DNA of 59,306 nt, counting the filler, from Sphacelaria rigidula (lineage: Eukaryota), in NCBI GenBank assembly GCA_964200075.2. It is 8 parts of 8 records of this genome, joined end to end, with 100 filler letters (N's around TTAATTAATTAA, not from the genome) between each part and the next. Parts side by side here need not be neighbours in the genome. Positions count along the whole stretch, not along the records: positions 44,557 to 51,881 come from CAXNAA020015437.1; positions 51,982 to 59,306 come from CAXNAA020015438.1; 6 more parts are not named here. One strand, given 5' to 3'. The position numbers and the translations under genes are program-made. The notes under the pieces were generated by a model that made no database searches, had not been told where the DNA came from, and was given only the letters and a program-made list of their open reading frames with translations. Numbering within the stretch: the first letter of the stretch is position 1; every line of letters begins with the position of its first letter. This document shows, in pieces, positions 47,851-59,306 of this stretch.

Positions 47851-50800
47851 GTAGAAGTGAAGCCCAAAGAATTCAGGGCAGCAGAGTAGATCACAAACGC
47901 AATTTCGATGTTGTGTAATTTATCACCGCTTCGTGCTCTCGCTTGGTCGAAGCCGGGGGCAAAGGCGAGAACGCACACATGCTAACTGTATGTTCTCTTT
48001 CTCGCGGCACCACCCCCATGCACTCCAGACAAGGGTTTTCACCGTATCATAGGTGAATGCGCTTCGATTGCATACATGGTCGTAGTCAACAGTACCCTAC
48101 AGCTCGAGATAACAAATTTTGACAGTTGGGGCGGGGAACTGCTCTATGACAAAATAAACGAGCTACGCTTCGTTTATTTGCGTCGATATTTTTCACGGTT
48201 CCATGCTGCGTTCACGAAGTGAAACAAAACTGAAAACCTTGCCTGCAAAGAAGGGGTGCACGAAATAAAAAAAAATCGATACAGTCATGTATGTGGAAGG
48301 GACAAGCCCCTTCGTAGGTTCTACAAGGCGTTGGTCTCTTATTTAGTGGTTTGGTGCGGAGTACACACCGGGTTGTGTCTTGTGTGGGCGAGCCAGCTGG
48401 GCTGAATTTGCATAGCAAAGATGCCCCGCGTTCATTTTCGTGAGTTCCACATGTACCCACTTTCTAATTTTGGACCTCTCAAAGGGGAGTACCAGATCAC
48501 CATCCCCTCCCTCACAAGATACGTCATACCAACTCCGACATAAACCGATCTCACTCTAAATCCTATGAACCGATCATATACTAAATCCTATACAACAGGG
48601 GCGAGATCGGAAAGGGGGCACCCCCCTTGAAGTGACGGGGTAAAAGACGATCCATATAATACATACCCCATTGATACCAAGGTGTAGAAAATAAAGCATG
48701 AAATATAACAATATACGTTTCTGTAGTAGTTCTGATTGAATTCGCTGTCCTGAAGCAACGATGCAGCTGGCCGCGGACTGCGTATGAAAACCTCGACGCG
48801 TGGTACATCCGTCCTCTGCAATGTAGGCGCCTTGTTGCCACCAACACACCTATTCCGATCCCCCTATGAGGAACAATACGAACATAGAAAACAGCCTGTA
48901 CTCACTCTTGCAGGGGCGCCCAAAGGGATAACCGATTCACCGCGCCGGAGGTGGGTCCTCTGGCTGTTTTTCTGAAAAATGAAGGCAGTATCCAGATGAC
49001 CCACCACCGGGCACATAGGGTTGTACAACAACCGAAACACCTCGCACTGACTCTCAGACCTACATCTAGTGGTCAAGAGTACAGTACAGGACATTGCTAC
49101 AGCACAGCAATGTACAGTGTCGCGCAGCAGTAGATGGCGAGCAAGAACAACAACGCGGCCTACTATTATTGTCGAGTAATGCAACACATCACGGTTAGGA
49201 CAAATTATCACGACTCAAAATAACCAAATAAATTCACGATTTCTCCGGCCTGATTGCCCAAAAGGGAGGATAAAGTTGATCGCTGGTCCAAGGGGTATCC
49301 ACACAACTTTTGCGCCATTTCACGTGTCTGAGCTGCGTGTACCTGGGTTGCAACGCTGAAATACAGCCTAGGGATTGATTCGTCACGAGTCGACTCATTA
49401 TACTAAAACCAAGTAATTTTCAGACGAATCATTATTTGTCCGACCGTTGCAACACATACATGTAGTAGCGGAATACGAGCGCTCGGTTGGTTCGTGATGC
49501 ACAACTATTCAACTATTGGAACATAATAATGCAGACAGCAGTATTGTACTCAGGATTACAGGAAGTATCTCGGCTCAACACAGCAGTCATCAATTACAAC
49601 ATACTACCGACTTGGATTTCCTCGAAACCAACAGCAGTCGAGGCTGTGAAAGCTACGTCGATTCAAATGCAGATTCTCATGGAAACATTGCGACAAGCGG
49701 GGTCTCACGGGAGACCACATGATAATCCGTATCTTGCTTCCAAGAACACCGAGGTCAAAAGACATATCAGCCGAGGGTGTTGTACTCCGTTTGCGAATAT
49801 ACGGGAAGGTACGGTACGGTGTTGGTACGGGCTGGACTGGTCAACAAGGTGAACTTTTCCGAAGGTGTACTCCACAACTACTAACTCTCCACTCACCTTG
49901 GGCTCTGTTGTTGGTGTTGCTGCAGCCACTCGCCATGTCCTCTGTCTGCTATCTGCACCGACACCACCCCACGGTCCACTACATAGAGTACAGTACAACG
50001 TTTCAGATGGGCACTGCGCTGTTGCGCGCTAGCGGACCAGCTGGACTGAAAATGAGGAGAAGCGCACGTCTTGCACGTCGCATGCGCGGCTCAAGGGTCA
50101 TGATATTTCGTTGGTGCGGCAAGCACGCGCGGATTTTGCCGTAAAATTCAGGCGAAAAACATGTGCGGCATGATCAATTTCACCGAAGATTTTTATACAC
50201 CCAGGGGGTTGCAATACTCGTGTCAGTAGAGTCGTGGGGGATTACGGCACCAGTTTACTGGCAACGACAACGCACACACACAACACACCACACGCACATA
50301 TTCCCACTCGAGTCCCATTTCGTAGGTTGAAGTGGCTTACCTTGGTTTTCGAGTGCCGTCACCGAAATTCGGATTTTTGGTAGGGCAGACAGTTCCAAGT
50401 GTTTCGACCGTGCAGAAGCTATGGTTGTTGTCTAGATATCACCACTTACTAGGTGGGTTAAAATTGGCGTACTTGACTTGAGTGTATGCACACCGGAGTT
50501 CGGTTTTTTACACTGTATACGATCACCTTAGAATTCTGCGCACGCTCTGGAAGTTCCTACGTAGGACTGCCAGCCCCACTGAAATTCGAATGTATAGTAT
50601 CTACTCAAATCAAGTACTCCGGAGTATAGGCCAACTTCAACTACCAAGGGGTAAGTAACGTGACGTATCTACTACTGATAATTCGCAACTCCCTTGGTGC
50701 ATGAAACATTTCGGCGAAATTTTTCATACCGCACATTGGTTTTCCTCTGCAGCGAAAAGTCGTGCGAGACAAAATCGGCGCGTGTGGCGAGCCGCACATG

Positions 50801-50933
50801 CCACGTTGCAGACGGTACATTTTCTCTTCATCATGATTAATTTCCAGCCGATGCACTGGCGCAACCGCGCAACCCTTCTTTGGTGCGCTACAAACTGCCT
50901 GTACTGTAGTGGAGTGTGGTGTGGTGTGCTTCA

Positions 50934-50982
50934 CCTAACCCTAATCCAACCAAATAAGGTGTATACCTAGAACCCTCGGGCA
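50934..50982 (+). repeat. Family H copy
   Basis: CCTAACCCTAA...AGAACCCTCGGGCA. Confidence 0.7.
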
Positions 50983-52003
50983 GGGGGGTGTACTCATGAT
51001 CATGAATGCCATAGCCATGTGACCATGCCTCGCATCCCTACAAAGCGGGGACGGAGCACGCCGGGGTTTTCCGCCCGACCAGGTCCGTACTCAGTCACCA
51101 AGCGCGAAGCGCGGTGGTGTGTGCGGCGAGTCGCATGAAGGGTGAGCTGCATCCTGCTAAGATTGTTCGAGCCGAAGTCTTTTGATTGGTTACCTTGCGT
51201 TTGGATGACAGCCTACAATGAGTTGCTTCATTTTCTGGTATCGCCACCTCCAGAGACAACCACGGCTTATACACTGCCTCATGGGTGCTTGACCATTGAA
51301 ACTCTAACACTATTATTAGACGTAGTACGATCATCCGTACGATCATCCCCATTGTGCGGAGTTGAAGTTCTCCCACGCCGCACAACATGATCTAGCTCGA
51401 CTACCATTATGATTACCGCAAAAAAAACACAATCGCGCAAAAAAAAATCAACCTGGTTGCCTAGCTTACGCACAGGCGTGTTCTATAGCGACGACATCGC
51501 AAATCGACGCCAGCCCCATCGGGGGTCCGCCCCTACAAAGCCGGGACGGAGCACGCCGGGTTCTCGCCGGACCAGGCTGAGAACCCTCCTAATCGAGTAT
51601 ACTCACACTCAATGTTGGATACACGCGGACAGGCCTGGATGAGTTGGAAATGGATATTGTGATTGGATTATGACATATGGGTGAAGGGCATAGAAGAAAT
51701 ACAGTTCTGTTATTAAAGGTATTCCCGATATGTTGGTTGCAGTAAGAATCTGTTGGAGGCACACGCTCAGCGCGTGGCCAAGGAATTAGGACCTGACGTG
51801 TTACTTTTGGATGAGTGGCTCTTTACGATTGACCCAGCCCCCCTTTTTGGCACTACATGTTTCTGGATTTTTACGTACAAGNNNNNNNNNNNNNNNNNNN
51901 NNNNNNNNNNNNNNNNNNNNNNNNNTTAATTAATTAANNNNNNNNNNNNNNNNNNNNNNNNNNNNNNNNNNNNNNNNNNNNGCAGGCAGATAGGACGTTT
52001 ATA

Positions 52004-52964
52004 CACCCTGGACAATATAATGTGTAATACATATTGCCCGCTCAAGATATGGACGCGTCGGGTGGTCAATATATATTGGGCGAGAAATATGATGGCACGA
52101 GAGAGGGTTAACATATATTGTGCCATTAATATGTCAAGGCTCCCGACATCCAATATGTATCGACGGAACAACACATCACGACATGCGCCACCTCAATATA
52201 TATTGGCCGAGTAATATGTTGGTGCGAGAAGGCACCAATATATGCATCTATCGAGTAGTATATTGGCTGCCACCCGAGGTCAATATATATATATATATAT
52301 ATATATTGATGATTCAATATACTCGACACTCGAAGCGCCAATATATATTGCCGCCCCAATATGTGGTGCGTCAATGCGTCCGATATATAGTGGGCGGACA
52401 ATACACGAGGGAACCGACGGTCACAATACATACTGGTGTAGCAAAATATGTTGAGTTTCAGCATGTGGATTAGAAGTTGTTCTGGAATCAGTATGGTGGG
52501 CAACTCTATGTTCGCGGGCGCCATTGAAAGATGTAAGACCACATGCCGAAAACGCTCATTACATTCCTCCGCAAGCGTGTACAATATATATTGGTTGCTC
52601 AATAGCTATCCGATGAGCGTGCGCAATATATATTGGAAAAAAACAATACTTCTGCATGGTTTGCGTTCAACATATATTTTGGTAACAATATGCTACGCAT
52701 TGCTTCGACTCAATATATATATTGACACTTCAATACATACACGACTGGCATGCACAATATATATTGAGTGTTTTATTCCCCGAGCAAACGCATGTCCACT
52801 ATATGTTGTCATACATTACTTGATCATGACACGAGCAATATATGTTGTTGCTTCAATGTCTCCGAGGACATCTCAACACAAAACATTTTGAAGGGACACT
52901 ATTTGAGCTGGCTCCAGTACAAAGTATTGGTATCATACTGAAACGCTGTGTATTGTCCAGGGTA
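52004..52964 (+). mobile_element. Complete family C non-autonomous TIR element (CACTA/EnSpm-like termini, TA flanks)
   Basis: TA|CACCCTGGACAATA...TATTGTCCAGGGTA|TA (13/14 TIR match); internal 42-43-bp phased array. Confidence 0.82.
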
Positions 52965-55296
52965 TAGCAACACAGCCCCGGTGATCGCAGTGGTACCAAA
53001 AGGCGCATGTTGACCCGTGGTTTCTGTCATCGTAAGGTTTAGCCAAGATACATTAGTTAAATGCTGGGAAGGGGATGGGCGACCCCGCACCGGCGGCCAG
53101 ATAGGTATCAGGAGGCATATGTACCGGGTCGCCTCTCCTGTCACCATATTTTCTGACCAGTACATATACATACATGCATCATTTCACAATTTTCACCACT
53201 TTTGCCGAGTTTTCTCTGGCGACAAGGCATTTTATCCCGTGCTTTCTTTTGCAGTGCACGAAGAAGGCGCAGCGGTACAATACTGTCCTGGTTTGGGTGC
53301 CATCTAATACCTGTGGCGCGTGTCCTAACCATCAGAAGTCGCCCACACAGGCTTTTTTTCTCGGGGTGTCGATCCTGAACCACAAAAGCCTCACCAAGAT
53401 CGTGGAAAACTCCAAACAAGAACTACAAAAGCCCACTCATGGCGGGGTATTTTTTCACCGTGATTTTCTTTGCGTTCTCGATGATTTGGGGACACGAAGA
53501 CAGTGTTTATGCAGCGAATGTCACGAGAACATGAGAGCAAAGCAATTGAAAACAGCTGGACATTGCCTTGACTTAGTCACCAGCAAACACAAGTCGAATG
53601 ATCTGAGATTCTTCATGATTTAGTTTTGACGTGAGGCCTCTAACACGGTCATATCTGCCTAATGTATGCCCCAATTATGCAAACATACCGCTCAACAAAA
53701 ACATGGCGAAGAACACTGAATGATGTGTAGATTGGTATTAGAGGAAGGGGCCACAGGCACAGCTGTAGCAGGGGAAGTCGCTGATGGCCCGGTCTGCATT
53801 CGTACGGTGAATACCCACGGTGCGTGGCATATGTTTTTTACACCCTGCTGTTTGATGACGGCTAGATAGAGTGGATACAGTGACAGTTGAGTACGCAGGC
53901 TGCGACGGATCCTGCCGGCCTCATCATCAGTCTCCGCCCAGTTATGGACAAACACTCGAAGGAACCCAGCAAACAAGCATCGTTTGTGGTCCGCTATCAA
54001 GGTCTATGTGAGGATTGGGAGCTGAACATTTCCGCTTCAAAAATCTCGACAGTCAAAGATTAAGCTCCTGTCGCGCGACCAGTGGGTAGTGCCACGGACC
54101 CTTGCCGGCGTACCGGGCACTGGGGGCGACATCGCGGTACAGATAGTCCCATCACTACCGGGACGGCCGTGCAAACAGGCCGGCAGCCGGAATGGCCGTT
54201 ACACTGGTGTTCTTCTAGCGTTATCAACTTAGAGTACGGCCGCACAGGTTTTGCACGCGAACATTTCGGTGATTGCCTCACTTCCACTTCGGCCATGTGC
54301 TGTGGATTATTTCACGACCTCACCGCCTGATATGTATGGGAATTTATTGAATCCTAGACAAGAGCCTTCTACAGTCTGTATACAATTCAAAAGCATGTAC
54401 TCTGCACAGTACAGTATAGAAGCTACTGCCTTCTGCGACATGCATAAGACTCGTACAAAAGAGGGAACTGGGCGTAGTATGACTTCAAGACGGTGCAAGA
54501 ATCTCCACGCGGCATGAAATGTTACAGCCGGCTTGCGCGCCACAGCAGCTGCGTTCCATCCGCTCAAGATACAGGCAGGACTTATAGCGGCAGAGGCGGC
54601 CTATTACTCTTGCGTGCGCCACCTAGGGCAAATGCACACTCAGCTGAAATACCGAGCGCTGTACTAGATGTGGCAGAGCGAGCGGTGGTACACCACGTAC
54701 ACTCAGACAGCAAGCAGTATCATATATATATATATATATACTGCATACAAGTGTGATTTGAAGTTCGTGCGCGCGGGATCGGGCCGGCATTTAGAGAACC
54801 CTGCATAGGTTCGCCGTGTACTACCGGTACGCGATCTTATTTCAGTAGCAATCACTTGCGATGTGTGCTGTGACGGGTCTCGTGTGTGAGGGTGTTTTTC
54901 CACCTCCACACACCGCCCGTGGAGCTAGCTCTTCATGTTGGAAGTGTCCACCGCTCTTCCCGCCACTCTTGGTCTAAGATAAATGAAGCTGCGGAATGTG
55001 GCAATAACTACTGGAAGGTACATATTCTCCCACACGACTGCCTCCATAATATGAAAAAGGAATAGCACTGTTATATTTTCGACTTGCGTCACCCCCGGGA
55101 GGCCAGTGCCAACCTCCCAAAGGGGAAACTTGTATATATATGTGTGTGTGCGTGTGTGTCAAACTCATTCGACAACTCCCCGTAGTACTGCACACGAACT
55201 TCTGCGACGCCATTTGAAACTTTTCCCAATCTGCACGGGCTCCGGCATCGATCGCGTCCGGATCTTTCTCAAAGCGCACACCATACTTATATTATC

Positions 55297-55640
55297 CAAT
55301 ATATACTGCGCGACCGATACATTGGCACCCACGCAGACCCAATATATATTGACCGGTCTATATGTTCTCATCAATGGGACCGTAATATATATTAGTCGTG
55401 CAATATGCTGTCGCCCACGCTGCCTCAATATATATTGATGGGACAATATGTGTTCGACCCCATTGCATCAATATATATTGGGCGGGTAATATGTATGCAG
55501 ACTCACGCCATCAATATCTACTGGGCGCACAAGACGTGTGCAGTCGAAGGGTACCAATATATATTGCACCGGCAATTTATCGCAAAATTCCAATGTGATC
55601 GACTAATATATATTGGAAACATATTGTATTGTCCAGGGTG
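55297..55640 (+). mobile_element. Right arm of a family C-related element with an exact 43-bp array
   Basis: Palindromes at 55297, 55340, 55383, 55426, 55469, 55512 and 55555; ends ATATTGTATTGTCCAGGGTG|TG. Confidence 0.82.
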
Positions 55641-57772
55641 TGGTATAAATACGATGTATAATAGATGTATATATATAATTATATATATGAGGATCTTTAC
55701 TGTCTACGGCAGCTGACCGCATCCGGCAGCGCTTCGGCAAAAAACCAGGGGACACACGGCTGGGTGTCCCCCCCCCCCGTCCCCCTCAAAAACTCGATAT
55801 TTCGATGTTGGGGCCTACGTGTCCTGATTTTTCTTCATTCGCTGCCCCCTGAGCCAATCGACGAAAATCATCTCGTCAGTTTCCCCCCCGATTTTGATAC
55901 CTTGACCGTTTGTTACTGGAAATTCAAGTTTGATCACAAACAAAGCTGTGACCTACGGGAAACGCAAAGATGCTCTGATGGAACGGTCTCGGCGAGTAGA
56001 GCAAGTCATTCCAACGTGTCAACATCCATCCGCCTTTAGTCCTCTTCTCGGGGGAAAAACGACGGAGAAGGGCCAAAAGGGTACTTTACAGCATTTTTAA
56101 TTTTTGATACATAAGGAGTAGCCTTGGAAACGACTGCACAAGCGTAATATTTTACGCTGGGAAATACTGCACGGCTGCGTTCTCCGGAGTCGCAACAAAT
56201 GCCCTAGAGGCCATAGTCAGTCCCTCCTCCAGAGGAGTGATGCTCATTTTCCCCTCTGATGTTCATCTTTCCCTCCAAGGGACGTCTACAGGCTGTTTAA
56301 CGCTCATCACCCAAAATTGTGTCATCATCAAATGCCTTTCGCAATACCTACCCTATAGTCGCATACATGATATGATACTGACCGCCATGGACAGCTGAAG
56401 AGCGTTATATAACCGGATTGAGTGTAAGGCCATAGTGTTAGCGCTGAGGGCGAAAAGGTATATCGTCCAATCAGCGCCCGTCCAATTTTTCCGAGATCGA
56501 AATTACGAATTGCAAGCCCAATTTCCACCCAACCTCCACATGCTTCAAATCGTAGTAACCGTCATCGGCTCAGGAATCCAACAAAAAAACATATCTGAAA
56601 ACGGTTACTACGGGGTCGAATTATACCCAAAACCGTGATGTGTCGGTGATGTCGGGTGTTGTCGTTTAATTTCCACTAATGATACGCACGAAAGACCCAG
56701 CGAGCCTCGTGACGGTGTCCCCTACATCTGTTGTCGAAAAGCTCAGATTACCTTCAAACTTGGTAGGTGTGTAGGTATTGATGCTCCAAATGGAAAAATT
56801 GTGTTCTTAGCAAGGGTTTAAAGTTTCTCCGTTCGCTACCGGCTTCCGAGGGTTCCAGTATGGAGACAACCGGGAGGCGGTACAGAATGCCCTAAAGGAA
56901 ATATAATAAAGTGATGCGTCCTGGGATCGTCCAAGGAACACATGTACGAACCTTGTCGCAGAAACCCGAGAACCTCATACAGTTTTTCTTGCCTTGGCGT
57001 GGAATTCAGCGATAAAGACATTTACATACTAAAACCAAGTAGTTAAAAGTTGCACGTTTCGAGCCCACGTCCTCCACAAACTCGCAAACCTTGACGCCGT
57101 TATCGGGAGTTAGAACCTAAAACGTTGCGAAAATATGCTATGTATCACTACGAAACGTTTTTCGGATCATGCTATTTCACTTCTTGAGTTTTTCACCGTT
57201 TTCCGGGGGTCCGACGGGGGTCAAGCTTGTGTCTTTGAAGCAGTCTCGCTTCCGGGACCCGGGAAAACCGGCACGACGTTTTTTTTTTTCATTTTATCGT
57301 GAGCGAGCTGTCCCCGCATAACCCGAGGAAGGGTCACACAAATGTTTGGCGCAAAAATCGATCAACTGATGCTTGAATTTTCATGTTCACGTCAAAGAAG
57401 GCCCATAATCGCCGCTTTCGTACTAAAATTAGGTAGTTTGAGGTCACCCTGCGGCACGTCAGAGTTCATTGCACGGAAGCAAAATCCTCATGCCATTTTC
57501 AGGAGGTACACCGTGAACGTTTGCACAGCTGTGCTATGGGTCATTACACAACTTCGGATGAACGAGGTTTTTCGATTTATTCTTCTTTACCGTTTTACAG
57601 GGGTCCGATTGGATCGATGTTTCCCGGTAAAAGCTGGGACCCCCGAAAAACGGTGGAAAAACTCAAAAAGTCGAAAAACCTCGACCTTATAAAGTTGCGT
57701 TATGCCCCATAGAAGATCTATGCAAAATTTCAGCGTCTAACTCCTTGAAACGGCGTGAGGTTTTGCCGATGA

Positions 57773-58062
57773 GACACTTTCTACGATAGCCCCCCCCCCC
57801 CCCCCCCCCCCAAAAGTGCATGGTTTTGGTGTGCAAAATCTTCACGTCAATCGAAATGGGAAAAGCCGAACACAACGAGCAGCTGGAAATTCCCACGCTT
57901 ACGTTCATTCTAGCCAATGTCGCCAATATGGGGCGCTTCATGCGGCCTGACACCAACATCAGGCGCTGTTTGGCCATTTTTTCGTGACACTTTTGGGCTG
58001 TTTTTTGGGGGGGGGCGTACTCATGTTTTTTTTTGGGGGGGGAGGGTATCGTAGAAAGTGTC
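57773..58062. mobile_element. MITE family A, copy 3 (ATGA TSD)
   Basis: ATGA|GACACTTTCTACGATAG...TATCGTAGAAAGTGTC|ATGA. Confidence 0.9.
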
Positions 58063-59306
58063 ATGAGTGGCTTTGGGGTGATATGCCTGAACCAGTCTGT
58101 ACAAACACCACGTGCTTCAGACCACCATATCTTTTGTTACTCTCGAGGGATTCAGACCTCAGAAGTCACTGGAGCATCAGATGCCCTCCAGAGGATTCGT
58201 TTCATGACCGGAACTGAGTATGGAATACCCTCTAGGGAGTATTTTTATCATCCGGAGTGTCGCTTTACCCTCGAGAGGATGAAAATCGCCTTAGAAGATT
58301 TTCAAACACGGGCCGAATGACCGCGTGTGTATTCAGTAACAAACGCGCCAAACCTCGAATATGCGCGGTAAATGCAAATGCGTGCTCGCTTTCTCTGTTA
58401 TCCAAAGTAAACACGGGACGACGTCGGCAGCATACGATCAATTCTTTTATGGGCGGTGGGCGGGGGCATGCGAAGAAGGGGGAGGAAGTATGCGGCCTAC
58501 CACCCCCGGCAAAAATGAACAACAACACAATTTCGACAGTGTCGATATACGATATCCGATCTCGATATTGCGCCGTGCCGTCGACGAATATCTCCTTGGA
58601 AAACGGCGATCTCAATACGCCGTATCGACGATATTTACCGGAATCGCATCGATTTCCGATACCAGATTTGCAAGCCTGCCAAAGTTGCATTTTTCTCGGA
58701 GATCTCATTTTTCGCGCAGACCGGGCAAGTGCAGGAAAACTTTGCGTATTTATGTGAATGCGACCGATTTCCGAGAAAATGAGCGACCTCCGAGAAAAAT
58801 GTAACTCTGGGCAAGGAACAAATTGCGGCGACGAATAAAACGCACGGGTGTGCTGGAACCGTCACACCGACTACCACAAGTCATTTTCAGGTGTCAACAT
58901 CCCCCTACCTCTCTGTCAGGGCGTCATACTAATAATAAGCTCCGAAAAGGTAATTTGCCACCTTCATATTTTTGTCTGCAATAAGGGCGTGCATTAGCAC
59001 TTTCGTTTTCGATCGAATACATGGGACGATGGAATCGATTTGAGCGAAACTTTCTGGGTGTGATGCAGTCGGGTGCAGATGAATTTTGGAGATTTCGATG
59101 GAAAAAGGGAGTGAAATTCGTGAAACGGTACATGGCCACTCGTGCACAGCACAGACAGTCTATACTGTCCGCACTGCTTGCAGGCAGGGCGTCTTGAGTG
59201 TGCGTGTGCGTTTTTCGTGCAGGCGGACAAAGGTAAAGGCAAATGTAGAGACGTCGGAACGGGAGGATAGTGGCTCGACAGAATTGCAGAGAGAGTTTAC
59301 TAGAGA

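Noticed and set aside
53174-55279. Cys/His-containing ORF 53174..53623 and other nearby ORFs as genes or transposase
   Set aside because: No diagnostic motif was recognised and the strand is ambiguous.
52025-55615. Calling the palindrome-spacer arrays CRISPR
   Set aside because: The repeat is only 12 bp with a second fixed internal box, lies inside TIR elements in eukaryotic DNA, and no cas-like ORF is present.

Overview
The window is not one locus. It is eight separate pieces (six of 7326 bp, then two of 7325 bp) joined by an artificial 100-bp N44-TTAATTAATTAA-N44 linker, most simply explained as length-sorted contigs from a fragmented eukaryotic assembly. Repeat content, long introns and interstitial CCCTAA repeats suggest a brown alga or related stramenopile (inference only). 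Most of the sequence is transposon-derived. It holds one full-length decayed Ty1/copia element with both LTRs and a GCTAC target-site duplication (37577-43211), a second 5'-interrupted copia (~342-5401), the 5' part of a large LTR element with a very long decayed gag-like ORF (16270-22082), a LINE ORF2 3' remnant and a tRNA-headed SINE-like element. Several MITE families recur between contigs. The only well-supported host gene fragment is three phase-0 exons of an Ala-rich protein (32867-36470). The most unusual signal is a family of CACCCTGG-terminated elements filled with a phased 42-43-bp array. Each unit is a 12-bp palindrome (CAATATATATTG) plus a fixed-offset AATATR box, separated by mutually dissimilar spacers. 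Most ORFs in the supplied track are spurious.
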